Origin: Fonticula alba ATCC 38817
Lineage: Eukaryota; Protista; Nucleariida
NCBI GenBank assembly: GCA_000388065.2
Contig: KB932202.1
Length of the DNA: 64,000 nucleotides
Direction: 5' to 3' (one strand)
The translations under genes and the position numbers were made by a program. Below the pieces are notes generated by a model, which saw nothing but the letters and a program-made list of their open reading frames with translations, searched no databases and was not told where the DNA came from. Below, piece after piece: positions 12,595-24,950 of this stretch (position 1 is the first letter of the stretch; every line of letters begins with the position of its first letter).

Positions 12595-14595
12595 GTGTGC
12601 GAGCACATGCGCGCGTCTATACACACGCGTATGCATCAGGAGGGGATTTCTCCAGCGCCCCCAAGGAGCCGGGCATGGGACTCTGTCTGTAGTACGCAAG
12701 GCTGCGAGCGGCGCAAAGAGCGCGGGGAGAGGGGACCATGGAGAGATGGTGTGCGTACATGTCCTCACGCATGTACAAAGTGTCATGCGCACACGATCCC
12801 TCCTTACTCTCGCTCCCCCAGTACCCATGTCCCCCTCCCCCTCCCTCCGCGATCCTCCACACATTAGCAGGGCGACCAGTAGATTAGGCGCCCAATGAGA
12901 GCGAGAGCACGGGCAAAGGATTCGTCGAATGTCCTCCCTCCTCCGCTGCCTCCCTGCTGCGCTTCTCCCCCTCCCCCCTCCCTTTTTTACTATGTACACA
13001 CCATGCGTGTGCTCCCTATCACAGCTGGGACCTCGCGTGTGCGCGCGCCCCTCCCCCTCCCTCCCCCTACCCTTCAAATATACCTCAAACAACAAGCCTT
13101 CGTGTGTGCACTCTCTCTCTCTCTCGGAGATACATTCGCACACGCCTCGAAACGACCCGAGGCAGCGCAAACACGCTGTGGTAGTCGACATCCATCCCCC
13201 AAGTCGACACCAAGCCCGGGACGAATGCAGGGCCGAGGGGGCGGGGATGGAGGAGCAATCGACAAGCCTGCCCCTGGGCCAACAGGCGTGCCGCCAGATG
13301 GCCCCGCCTGTCTCTGGAAGGCAGGAACTCGTCGGAGAAGGGTCAAGGCGGTCGGGCATTTTCCGGGCAGCAGGGTGAGGAGGGGGGGCGGGGCGAGAAC
13401 ATGTGTGCCTGCCCCGACCAGACCACTTCTTCCTTGCACCGGATTCATGCGAGGGAAGCTCGAGCGGCGTTTCTCAGGCCGGTCGCTTGGCCAACTGGAG
13501 AAGCGAGGGCGGGAGAACATGGAAGGAGGGGAAGGGGGCCATATGCACGGAGGGCGCTGTGAGCGCACCCTGCATGTTCTCCTCCCCCAGGGTGATGGGG
13601 GGGGGGGGGGGCCAGCGGCCACAAGCGAGGAACCTCCCAGGGCAGCAAACGCCGCATCGCGTGACCTGATCATGTTCCCTGGGGTCGGGGATTCCAAAAG
13701 CCCTCTCGCCGAAAGAAAGAACCCCAATTCCAGAACTTGGCCAGCCTTTTGTGGCTGGGCGGGCAGGAAAATCGCACCTTTTATATGGCAAATATATGGG
13801 TTGCCAACGCTGTCGGAGACTGGAGGGCCTGGTGCCCCAGCCCCTAGGGTCCCGGGGTCCGTACGTTGCCGGCCGCCAGCGGGCTGGCTGAGCGTGCCGG
13901 TCTCGCGCTGCGGTTTTTTTCCCAACCAAACTTGAGGGTTTCGACTGCTGAAAGCGCGACGCGGCCAAGAGGCAAGGCCCGAAGCGGGGCGGCTGACCTC
14001 GGCCCTTGCCTTGTTCAAGGGGTGGCTATGGAACGGGTCTACGCGTGTGCTGTGGTCGCACACATTATGGACCTGTTCAAGGCCTCCTGCGAAGTGGCGC
14101 TGTCCTTCGGCAAGTGACCTCCGGGGGATCGCTCGGGGGCCGGCGCCTCTGGGAGCATTTTCGTCCGGACAATGGATCCCCTCCCTCTCGAGCCACTGCG
14201 TCAGGAGGGGGGAGGAGGTCCGAGACCATGGCTGGCGCCGAGGGCCGCGGATGCCTTTGGCTGTTCGTCAAGCATCCTAGGGTCCCTCCTGTTCTGGAGG
14301 GCGCTCCTTGGTGGCGGCCCCCCAGCCACCCTCGCCCACGCCGTGTCCCCTCCCTGCGCGCACCCCGCGTCCGGGATGACGTCCTACAGAGGGAAGATCG
14401 GCAAGAGGGAGGGGCATGTGTGCTTGTAGAGAAGACCCCCGCCGGGGACGGGGCGGGGGCTCCCATACGGGCGCGGGGGGTGACTCGGGGCGCGGGCGCC
14501 CTCCGGGTCGTCGCCCTGGCGAGAGCTGGTTGGGACACTCTCAGGAGGGCGTGTGTCCGAGCAGAGGGGGGCGGGGGGGGGGGGGNNNNNNNNNN

Positions 14596-14690
14596 GGAGC
14601 GGGGCGGAGGGCTGGTGCTTGAGCGGCCCCGGTACACAGTCCTTCTGTCCGGGAAACCGAGTGTCGGAATAATCCATGCCTGACCGATTG
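14596..14690 (+). repeat. 95-bp exact direct repeat, copy 2 (begins at an N gap)
   Basis: Identical to 8862-8956. Confidence 0.95.
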
Positions 14691-14830
14691 GTGATCGCGA
14701 AGCCCCGGCCGCTCCGCCCACCGGGGGGGGGGAAGGCCGAGACACAAGGAAATATACTGGTGAGGGGAGTGTCTGGTCGGGTGCGTGAATGCCCTCCTCG
14801 AGGCCCGGACCCTGCGCGGCTGGTGGAGCA

Positions 14831-14880
<50 letters not shown>

Positions 14881-14925
14881 CGGCGTCGCGGGGGGGGGCG
14901 CGCGGGCGGGGGCGGGGGGGGGCGG

Positions 14926-14972
<47 letters not shown>

Positions 14973-15327
14973 CGGCGGCGGGGCCGGGTGGGGCGGGGCA
15001 CCATGGGCACATGCGTCCATCCCCCGCCCCCCTCCTGTCCGCCAGCTCGAGTGGTGCACATACTGCGTGCCCAGTTCGGTGTCAGTGCATGGCCCCGGCC
15101 TGTTCCTGTCCCCATTCTGGCGGGGGCATGCCCTGGGATACACACCCTCGCGCGCGGGTGCGCCGCGCCGCCGGCGCCGGGAGCGATTCGTGCTCGCCGA
15201 TGGCCCGCGAAGTGCTCGAGAAGAGGGAGAAGAAGAGGGCCCATGTCACCTCTCCTCCGGGCGGAGGTTTTCTCTCTCGACATTCTTTGAGTTGGTTTTT
15301 CTTCCCTCTATTTTGTCGCAATTCACC

Positions 15328-16711
15328 ATGGTTCGTCGCCCTCTCCTTGTCCTCCTCTCCCCCCTCCCGCTCCGGCCCCCTCCCTCCCCCCGCGTGCTAC
15401 TCCCTCGCCGCCGGCCTCGCCCGCTTGTTGGCCCTGTTGGCGTGTGCACCTCGTTCTTCCTCCTCCTCTCTCTCTCTCTCTCTCCCTTCCTCGATACTCT
15501 CGGCTTGTATGGACGCCCTCTTCTCGCATCTCTTTGGTGCACTTATGTGCGCGCGCGCACACGCGCGCGCCGTATCCCCTCATCTCTGGCACTCGATCAT
15601 TTCCCCTTCTTCCGATGTCGAGCATCCGCATTCAGCTCTGCGCGGCCTTTGCTCTTCTTCGGATCCTTGCCGCGCGCGGGGAAGGACTGCGCATGCGCGC
15701 ATCGAGGCGGATCCATCTGTGTGCTGGAAGTGTGTGGCGGCGTTCTCCCCGCGGAGGAGGGGAGGACTATTATCCCTGCTGCGTCGCGCGCACCCCTCTC
15801 TCGCCACAAGAGAGCCAGAGAGAGGCTGGGAGAGAGGAGAGACACGCACACCATCTACGCGAAATCCGGAGGCCGGCGCGAGTGGCTCTTGACGCCCTTC
15901 TCCCTTTCCATTCCCCCCCCTCGCTTGGAGAGGCTCTCTCTCTCTCTCTCCCCATCGGATTCACCTTTTCCTTCTGACATCCGACCTCCCGTTGCTGCCC
16001 TCTGACCCCGGATCTGACCTTTTCGCTCTCTGTCCTCGTTCACACCCCTCTCCCCTCCCCCCTCCCACGCAGTCCAAGGCTAAGCAGAGCTCCAACAACC
16101 AGGAGGCCGCCTACTACGGTCCTGAGGTCCGCAACGGCGAGCACGTCTTCGGTGTTGCCCACATTTTCGCCTCTTTCAACGACACCTTCGTCCACGTTAC
16201 CGATCTTACCGGTAAGGAGACCATCGTCCGTGTCACTGGTGGCATGAAGGTCAAGGCCGACCGTGATGAGTCCTCCCCCTACGCCGCCATGCTTGCGGCT
16301 CAGGATGTCGCCCTCCGCTGCAAGGAGCTCGGCATCACTGCCCTGCACATCCGCCTCCGTGCCACCGGTGGTACTGGCACCAAGACCCCCGGCCCCGGTG
16401 CCCAGTCTGCCCTGCGCGCTCTTGCCCGTGCTGGCATGAAGATCGGCCGCATTGGTGCGTGTCGTCTCTCTTTCTCTCTGCTCCTCCTCTTGCTGTTGCG
16501 CCATTCCCTGGATCTCCCCCTCTCGCGCCTTCCTCCCCCCCCCTCGTGTGTGGGCCCGCATTCGCTAACTTTCTCGTCATCGCCGCCTCTCGCGCTCTCC
16601 CTCCCCTTTTCTCCCCCTTCCCCCCCCCCCGACACTTTTGCAGAGGATGTCACCCCCATCCCCACCGATTCTACCCGCCGCAAGGGTGGTCGCCGTGGTC
16701 GCCGTCTCTGA
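15328..16711 (+). CDS. RPS14: 40S ribosomal protein S14 (uS11); exons 15328-15330, 16073-16454, 16644-16711
   Basis: ATG followed by GTTCGT donor, then [52 protein letters not shown](E)[21 protein letters not shown]. Confidence 0.97.
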
Positions 16712-18132
16712 GCGAGAGATGTCTCCCTCAGAGGGTACTCCCGCACCATCACCATCCCCTCTCGCCGGGGGGCTGGTGGCCCGCATCTGGGGTTCCTGGT
16801 GGTCAGGGCCTTCTTTCGGCTCTTTCTATCGCCCTTGGGCGGGTGGCTGGGCGGCTGCTCCCGTCATGGTGGTGCGCCGTCTAGTCGTGTCGTTTGCCGC
16901 CACTGTCTCTCCTGCGTGGTGATCGGTGTTGAGGTAGCATCCGCCGGTGGGGCGCGCGCGCTTCCATACACTTGCCGGCGGTTTGCCGCGCCCTCCCCCC
17001 TCAGAATTCCACCATCTTTCCTCCTTGTCACGCACTTGTATTTATCGGCATTTTCGGCATTTGGATCTCCCAGAGAGAGGAGGAGAGGGCGGCGGGGAGG
17101 GCGGAGAAGGGGGGGGGGGGNNNNNNNNNNNNNNNNNNNNNNNNNNNNNNNNNNNNNNNNNNNNNNNNNNNNNNNNNNNNNNNNNNNNNNNNNNNNNNNN
17201 NNNNNNNNNNNNNNNNNNNNNNNNNNNNNNNNNNNNNNNNNNNNNNNNNNNNNNNNNNNNNNNNNNNNNNNNNNNNNNNNNNNNNNNNNNNNNNNNNNNN
17301 NNNNNNNNNNNNNNNNNNNNNNNNNNNNNNNNNNNNNNNNNNNNNNNNNNNNNNNNNNNNNNNNNNNNNNNNNNNNNNNNNNNNNNNNNNNNNNNNNNNN
17401 NNNNNNNNNNNNNNNNNNNNNNNNNNNNNNNNNNNNNNNNNNNNNNNNNNNNNNNNNNNNNNNNNNNNNNNNNNNNNNNNNNNNNNNNNNNNNNNNNNNN
17501 NNNNNNNNNNNNNNNNNNNNNNNNNNNNNNNNNNNNNNNNNNNNNNNNNNNNNNNNNNNNNNNNNNNNNNNNNNNNNNNNNNNNNNNNNNNNNNNNNNNN
17601 NNNNNNNNNNNNNNNNNNNNNNNNNNNNNNNNNNNNNNNNNNNNNNNNNNNNNNNNNNNNNNNNNNNNNNNNNNNNNNNNNNNNNNNNNNNNNNNNNNNN
17701 NNNNNNNNNNNNNNNNNNNNNNNNNNNNNNNNNNNNNNNNNNNNNNNNNNNNNNNNNNNNNNNNNNNNNNNNNNNNNNNNNNNNNNNNNNNNNNNNNNNN
17801 NNNNNNNNNNNNNNNNNNNNNNNNNNNNNNNNNNNNNNNNNNNNNNNNNNNNNNNNNNNNNNNNNNNNNNNNNNNNNNNNNNNNNNNNNNNNNNNNNNNN
17901 NNNNNNNNNNNNNNNNNNNNNNNNNNNNNNNNNNNNNNNNNNNNNNNNNNNNNNNNNNNNNNNNNNNNNNNNNNNNNNNNNNNNNNNTGTGTGTGTGTGC
18001 GTGGCACCCAGACACATCTACTCCTTGACGTCCCGGACCTCGGCGGAGGCGGAGAGGCCCGTGTCTATCCCGTGCCTTGCAGCGGCTACCGCAGTGGGAG
18101 GTGTAAACGCGCGCTTGCGCACCAAGGCCGAC

Positions 18133-20011
18133 TTAGCGCCGCTTGTAGATGCAGGGCTTGAGCAGACCGTCCGGGCCGTCGATCGACTGGGCCGGGCGAC
18201 GGAACTGCTTCTTGGTCTTGGAGAAATCCACGCGAATGAAAAGCGAGTCACTGGAGCGCGCCCCGCCGTCGTTGGACTCCGGATCGGCGCCCTCCTTGTC
18301 ACCGGAGGACACGGCCTCGGCAGCCCCCTTGGACCGGGGCTTGCCAGACTTGGAGCCATGTCGGGAGGCTGACACATCGGTCACCAGGCGCTCGATGCTG
18401 AAGCCGGTCTTGGCAATGGCATCGGCCCACTTTTGGGGGTTGTCGATGCGCGAAGAGACCTCGGCAATCCAGAGAAGACCGCTGGCGAAGGAGAAAAGAA
18501 AAACAACCCCATGTGTCAGAAAGGTGCCAGTCCTTTGCCCGCGCATACGATGATGGAAAGCATGCCAAGCGAGGAAAGCGGAAGAGGAGGAGGAGGGGGA
18601 GGGGGGAGAGGGGGAGGGGGGGGGGCAGTGTGTGGGAGCAGATGAGGCCCCAAAGGAGGACACGCCATGTTGCGGGGCACGTACTTCGGCCGCAGAACGC
18701 GATGGGCCTCCTGGATGAAGTCCAGCCAGTTGGTGCCCATGAGGGCCAGGGAAAAGATGGCCACATCGACCGAGTTGTCCGACAGCGGGACATTGCGCAT
18801 ATCGCAGGCGGTCACGCGCTCATTGTGTGCCACCATATCGAAGGAGTGGACGGTGGTCTGGGGGGCACGCGCGGCGATGGCCGCCTCACCGCAGCCGAAG
18901 TCCGCCACCACAATGTCCTTGGGCGCGGTCATCAAGTCCTCCACAAACAGGTCGATCGGGTTCACCGGCCAGCGCTCGACCTGCATGCGGAAGCCCTCAT
19001 GGTAGTCACGGAAGAGGGAGTTGTCCTTCTGGAAGAGAGTGAACGCATCGCGCGAGCTCTTGGTGTACAACTGCTCGTTGAGCCAGCGGAAGCGCCCGCC
19101 CTGCAGGCGGCTGCTAAGGGACTTCTTCAGCGCATCAAGCCGGGGGTTGGACGGGGTGGCCTTCTGAAAGAGCGAAAGAGAGAGGGGGACCCACACGGAC
19201 AGGGGGAGAGAAGGTCGGTCAGTGTACTCGAATCATACACACACACCCACACCCACACGCACACATGGGCAGTGGATAGAGGGCACATCGCAGGACGCAC
19301 AGCGGAGGCGGGCTCAGCAGCAGCAGCAGCAGCAACTTGCTTGGGCGCACGGGCGGCCGGAGCAGCGGTACCGGGGGCCTGGGGAGCGGACTGGGCCTTC
19401 TTCAGCTTCTCGCGCAAGTTCTGGCGTAGGGCCTGGGCCTGGGTCATTTTGGCGGTGGTGGGGCCGGTCGATGGCCGAGGGGCCGCGGCGGCAGCAGCAG
19501 CAGCAGCAGCAGCGGTGGCGGCGGCAGCGGCGGCCGTGGCAGCGGCGGCGGCAGCGGCGGCGGCGGCCCCCTCGCGCTCACGCTGCTGCTCCTGCTTCTT
19601 GAGCTTCTGCCGGTCCTTCTGACGCAGGCGCAGCTTCTTGGCGGGGGGCTCCTCGGAGTCCTCGGTCAGAGTATCCGCCGCTGGCTTTTTGGCATCGGTC
19701 GGCTTGTCGCTGTCGTTGCGAACGCGCTTGCGCGGCGCCGGCTTGGCGGCGGGCTTGGCGGCGGGCTTGGCGGCGGGCTTGGTGGTGGGCTTGGCGACAG
19801 CACCGGCAGCGACAGTCTTAGCGGCGGCCGGCTTCTCGGGGAGGGCACCGCCGGCACGCATGATGCGGCGCTCACGGCGACTCGGGCGCGCGGCGCGTTC
19901 GGCCTGGGCCTTGCGCTCCTGGACCTGTTGCACCTGCTTGACGAGGTCGGCATCCGTGAGGCTAAGCTTGGTGATCCGGCCGGGGCGCGGGAGGGCGGTC
20001 TCAGTGGACAT
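18133..20011 (-). CDS. RRP8: Ribosomal RNA-processing protein 8 (25S rRNA m1A methyltransferase, nucleomethylin-like), 3 exons
   Basis: LQGGRFRWLNEQLYT, YHEGFRMQVERWPVNPID, SAM motif VADFGCGEA, SVDVAIFSLALMGTNW, EAHRVLRP|.GLLWIAEVSSR, C-terminal LLKPCIYKRR*. Confidence 0.95.
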
Positions 20012-22696
20012 GATGGAGGGGGAGGGGGGAAGAGAGGGAGAGAAGGTGCAGCGACCTGAAAGGAGGGATCTGTGCAGCGGCGGATGTGGTTGATGGGGGG
20101 GGGGGGAGGGCGGGAGGGTGCGGGCGATCTGACTCTGCGGCCCACGGGAGAGATCTTGAAATGGCCAGCGCGTTGGGCGCGTGCGTGGGTGCGCACACCA
20201 GAATCACGCACAGCAAGCTGATAGCGCACGTGCTCGAAGGGAAAGAAACGCCATTCACCGGCAAACTGAATACCCATGACCTCAATCTTTGGGCTCCACG
20301 ATCTTAATAGGATTAATTGGAGGACTAGAGCCACGCGATGGCGCCAGGACGGGCGGCATGTGCGTCGGGTGCATGGGTCTTGCCCGGGCCGCCCGTCACC
20401 CCGTGCGGGTGGACCTCGCTGAGCGCAGATGCCAACTTTCCAGGGCCTGCATCCCTGGCGGCCGACCATCCCCGGACGCCGGCCAGTCATCTTCGCATCC
20501 CATGTGTGCCGCCCTTCCTCTGTCTCCCCCGAGCTCCGGGCTCAGTCACACGCCGGCCGGCCGGGGGGGGGGGGGGGGGGGCGCGAAGTTGGGGTCAAAA
20601 ATTGTTCCCTGGCCCCGAGCGCGAACCGTGAGAGAGAGAGAGAGGGGCCGGCGGTTTCCAAACAATAACAAGCGCCCGAGTGCAACTTGCTCCCCCTGCC
20701 CCGCGCATTCTTCCGTGACTTCCCCCGGTTGATCCGGGGCACGGGTGGACGATGAGACGGATGCGCGCATGCCCCCCACGCCTCCCCCTCATCCTCGATT
20801 TCCTCAGGCCTTTGTCCGTGTGTTCTCATTCGGCGCTGTGAACGAGAGGGCCTAGGGAAGGGGAGCGCGGGGGGCCGGGGGCCGGGGGGGGGGGGGAATT
20901 CTCGAGGAGAGAAGTCCCTGCCACCAGCAAGCGTGGGAAGCAGCCGGAAGCCAGCCTGTCGTGTGGTAGGCCCTCGGCCCTGCGCGACGTGGACCCCGGG
21001 CCACCGGACCCGGCGGGGGCGTTCCAATCGGCGGCGCCTTTCTCCCGAAAAGTATCTCCGGGTCATGGGGGTGGTCATCGTCGCGGCCGCACCCCTGAGC
21101 CAACAGGCCCGCACACCCCTCGCCCAAAGACACCCGGACGCTGACATACACACGCACGCACACACACACACACACACACTCGCAGCAGCCAGACAGGCCG
21201 ACGAGACAGGGCACCCGCCGGTTGCCACCCCAGCACCGGTACCCCGAAACCCCTCGCCCAGAGCCTTGTAGGTTCTACACACCTAAATGCAATAGCGCGT
21301 CCGGGGCAGTCCTTCCGCCTCACCCCGGGGGGACGGGGGGGAGACATGCGCGCAGGCGAGGGCCGGACTCCCGTCCTACTTGGCATGTGTCAGCTGGGAG
21401 GCCGTATCGCATTTATCGCGGTCCCGGGACGATTACCGCGGCCCACGGCGGAATGCATGGGTGCACCGATCCCGTACATCTCTCGGTGTGTTGGTTCTCC
21501 GGTTTTCCTCGGCCCGCCAGGGCGGCGAGCCGAATGCTGGGTGGGTCAGAGCGGGGGGGGGGGGAATCCGGGCCGCGGGGGAGTGGCACTCCGTGCTGCT
21601 TAGAGCCCGGGGGCGCTGGACTCGGTTCGCGCATGTCCTGTAGAGCGGGAGGGGGGGGGGGGGTGCCGGCCGTGCCAAGGGCGCATGCGATCTTGTGTGG
21701 ATGCTTGAGGGCGGCCGGGTGTGCCTTTTTGCTTCACCTGGTCCCTCCCTCCTCAAGACTATGCGGGTGAGAGGGGCCGACTACCTGACGTTGGAGGGGC
21801 TTTTCCAGGGCTCCAGGGGGGCATGTTCGGGCTCAGGTCTTCGCGGGAGGGGGGGGGGGACAGGAGACGGGCAAAGGGAGCATGACTAATGAGGAGGCCC
21901 CAGCTGCCCTTCTTTCGCCCCGGCCCTGTGCGTGGCTGGAGCTGGTTTCGTGACGGGGTCCGCTGGCGCCCCCTGCCCCCTTCGGACCCGTGCGGATGGA
22001 CCTTCTCGAGGAGGTGGGGGCCGCCGCAGCAGGCCAACGACCGACAGGGGAAGANNNNNNNNNNNNNNNNNNNNNNNNNNNNNNNNNNNNNNNNNNNNNN
22101 NNNNNNNNNNNNNNNNNNNNNNNNNNNNNNNNNNNNNNNNNNNGGGAGAGAACCGTGAGTGGGAGAGGCAGAAGCAGAGCCTGCCATAGAGTGGCCGCAA
22201 TGAATTGGCCAGTAGAGGGGGGGGGGGGGGGGGGCGGGGGGCGAATCTTCTGTTGTTGCGGTGGCTGCTGAACCATCTCTCACGCTCCCTCTCTCCCTGT
22301 GGCCCTCTCGTCACTATCCTGCGAATGATGCGTCTCTCCGGTCATCTCCAGCCAGCGGATGGCGACATCGGGGGGGGGGGGGCTTTCCTATTGGGGAGCA
22401 TCGATGTAAGCAAACAGATTGGGGTGTGACCATGGCGTCCTGAGCACGCCCTCGTTCGGAGGAGTTGTGCCCAAGATTGGGCCCCTCCGGGGGGGGGGGT
22501 CTGCAAAGGAAGCAGCAATGTGTAGCCGGGAAACAGATCGCCCGGTTTTTAAAGGCTGCTCCCCTCGATGTAGCCCTGATCGGGCGGGCTCCAGAAGGTC
22601 TCCCCTCTCCCCCCCTCCTCCAGCGGCGCCTCTCTGCCAGCTTCCTCTCCTCCCTCTTCACTTCGCCTCCCACTCAAGCACCCTCTCGTGGCGCCA

Positions 22697-24626
22697 ATGT
22701 TCAAATTCTCCGGCCTCCTCTCCCTGGCCCTCATGAGCTTGATTGCTCTGAGCCAGGTCTCGGCCCGCATCGTTCCCTTTGATGTGGCTCGCGAGTTCTC
22801 CGTCTGCTATGGCAACCCCAGCTTCTGGGTTCAGCGCACTGGTGCCATTGCCATCGGTTCCGACATCAGGTTCGCATCCTTCGCGCGTGCTCGCCACTAG
22901 CTCTTTCATTGTTCGCCTCCGGCGCAGAAGTTCTCACTCGCGCGATTGTGTTCGCCTTTTGTCGTCCCCCCTCCCCCCCCCCCCCCCCCCCTCTCGCCAG
23001 GCTCTGCCCCCCCCCCCCCCCCCCGCCCCCCCCCCCCCCCCCACCACCACCACACATTCAGCCTTGTGAACAACGCCAACTACATTGGCCTCGCCTCCGG
23101 CTCGCGTGCCTGCCGTCACTTCACTCGCTCGAGCCACGATGACTCGACCGTCCCAATGATCGTCTCCTTCGAGGAGCCCCAGATGAGCGCCGCGCGCGTC
23201 CTGGCCGATGAGTGTACGTCCTTTCTTCGTGATCTCCAGACCAAGAGACATCCTGCCACCCCCATCCTCACCCACGACATCCGGCCCCCCCCCCCCCCCA
23301 CCCCCCCGCATAGCCTCTGTCATCTTCCTCAACGACGAAAACACCCTCGCCTACGTCGAGGCCACCTCCGCTGGCCTCCGCGGTACGTATCATCCGCCCG
23401 CCACGTCTGCCTTGTGCTCCCCTCTTCCCTGCCTCTCCGGTGTTGTGTGTTCTCATTCTCGCCCCATTGTCGCCCTTTTTGTTAGACCTCGAGTCCCACC
23501 CGGACCTGGCCCAGCGCATGGTCATCGCCGCCAATGATGTCAACCTGGCCGAGACCAAGCACCGTCTCTCGCGCCGCACGCCGGTCACCACCGCCACCGA
23601 GGCTCGCCAGGAGGACAACAGCGCCAAGGAGAAGCTCTTGAACGGCATCCGCACCAACGACTACTCCCGCCTCCTGGCTTCCATCTCCGGTGAGATCCCG
23701 CTCATCCACAAGGGCCAGCAGTTCAACATCACCACCCGCTACATTGGTACTCCCGAGTCGGAGATTGTGTCGGACTACTTCGTTGATGTGCGTCGTATAC
23801 ATTCACACACGCACGCACATGCACGCACGCTTGCCCATGTGGTCTGTCTACTCCTCTTCCGCCTGTCTTCGGCATCATGCTAATCCCCCCTCCCACGGGG
23901 CGTGTGCTCCTCCAGGTTTTTGAGCTCCTTGGCTATCAGTCGATCGTTCAGCCCTTCACCTTCAACGGCATCGAGACGCACAATGTCATCGCCATCAAGC
24001 CTGGCACTGGCCCCAACCGCAATGAGGTCGTGGTTTTCGGTGCCCACATGGATAGCACCTCGCCGAAGCCCACCACCATCGCCCCTGGCGCCATCGACAA
24101 TGGCTCCGGCACGGCGGCCGTCATGCTGGCTGCCCAGGCCATGGCCAATGTCAAGACCGACCGGACCGTGCACTTTGTCCTTTTCGGTGCCGAGGAGCAC
24201 GGCCTCATCGGCTCCCGGTACTATGTCAGCCAGCTGTCCGAGGCCGGTGTGCCAGGCGACTCGGCCGGCGAGCAGACCGTCACCAAGGCCCTGGTCATGG
24301 ACATGATTGGCTACTCGGACAAGTACTTCGGTGTCCTCATCGAGGGTACCCCGGACGCGGACATCCAGGACCTCATGTCGGTCATGGCGCAGAATGTCGA
24401 GCAGCATGCGCCGGAGCTCTCGTACGAGAAGAGCGACTACTCCTTCGGCTCGGACCATGTGCCCTTCCAGAATGCTGGCATCCCCTGCTTCCTGGCCATT
24501 GAGCTCGATCAGACCGACTACCCTGGTTACCACAAGACCTCGGACACCGTGTTCTACCTCAACGCCCCGCAGGCGGTCGGCATCACCCGTGCCCAGGTCG
24601 GCACCCTCTATGATCTGGTCATGTAG
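22697..24626 (+). CDS. Secreted M28-family zinc aminopeptidase (leucine aminopeptidase-like), about 5 exons
   Basis: Signal peptide MFKFSGLLSLALMSLIALSQVSA. Zinc ligands and catalytic residues in GAHMDS, GAIDNGSG, GAEEHGLIGS, MDMIGY, SDHVPF and YPGYHKTSDT. Confidence 0.92.
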
Positions 24627-24742
24627 ATGAGGTCTCTCCTCGCTCACCTCCTCCCTCTCTCACCTACGCTTAGCTGGCCACGTGTCTCCCCTTGCCGCGT
24701 GCGCATGTAAAATATACTAGACTTGCTTCAACAAACAGTCCG

Positions 24743-24744
<2 letters not shown>

Positions 24745-24789
<45 letters not shown>
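24745..24789. repeat. (CA)n microsatellite between convergent genes
   Basis: Directly visible. Confidence 0.95.
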
Positions 24790-24791
<2 letters not shown>

Positions 24792-24950
24792 CACGCGCAC
24801 ACATCGTGTGAGACTTCTTTCCAAGTAAAATGGGTCTATGTGATTGGCACGCGGCGCGGCCTTTTTCCCGGCAGCGCACTGGCAACAACATGTGTGCAAA
24901 GGAAATATCTTTCCGGAGATGGGGCTCAAGGGACACGTGTGGGAGTTGCC

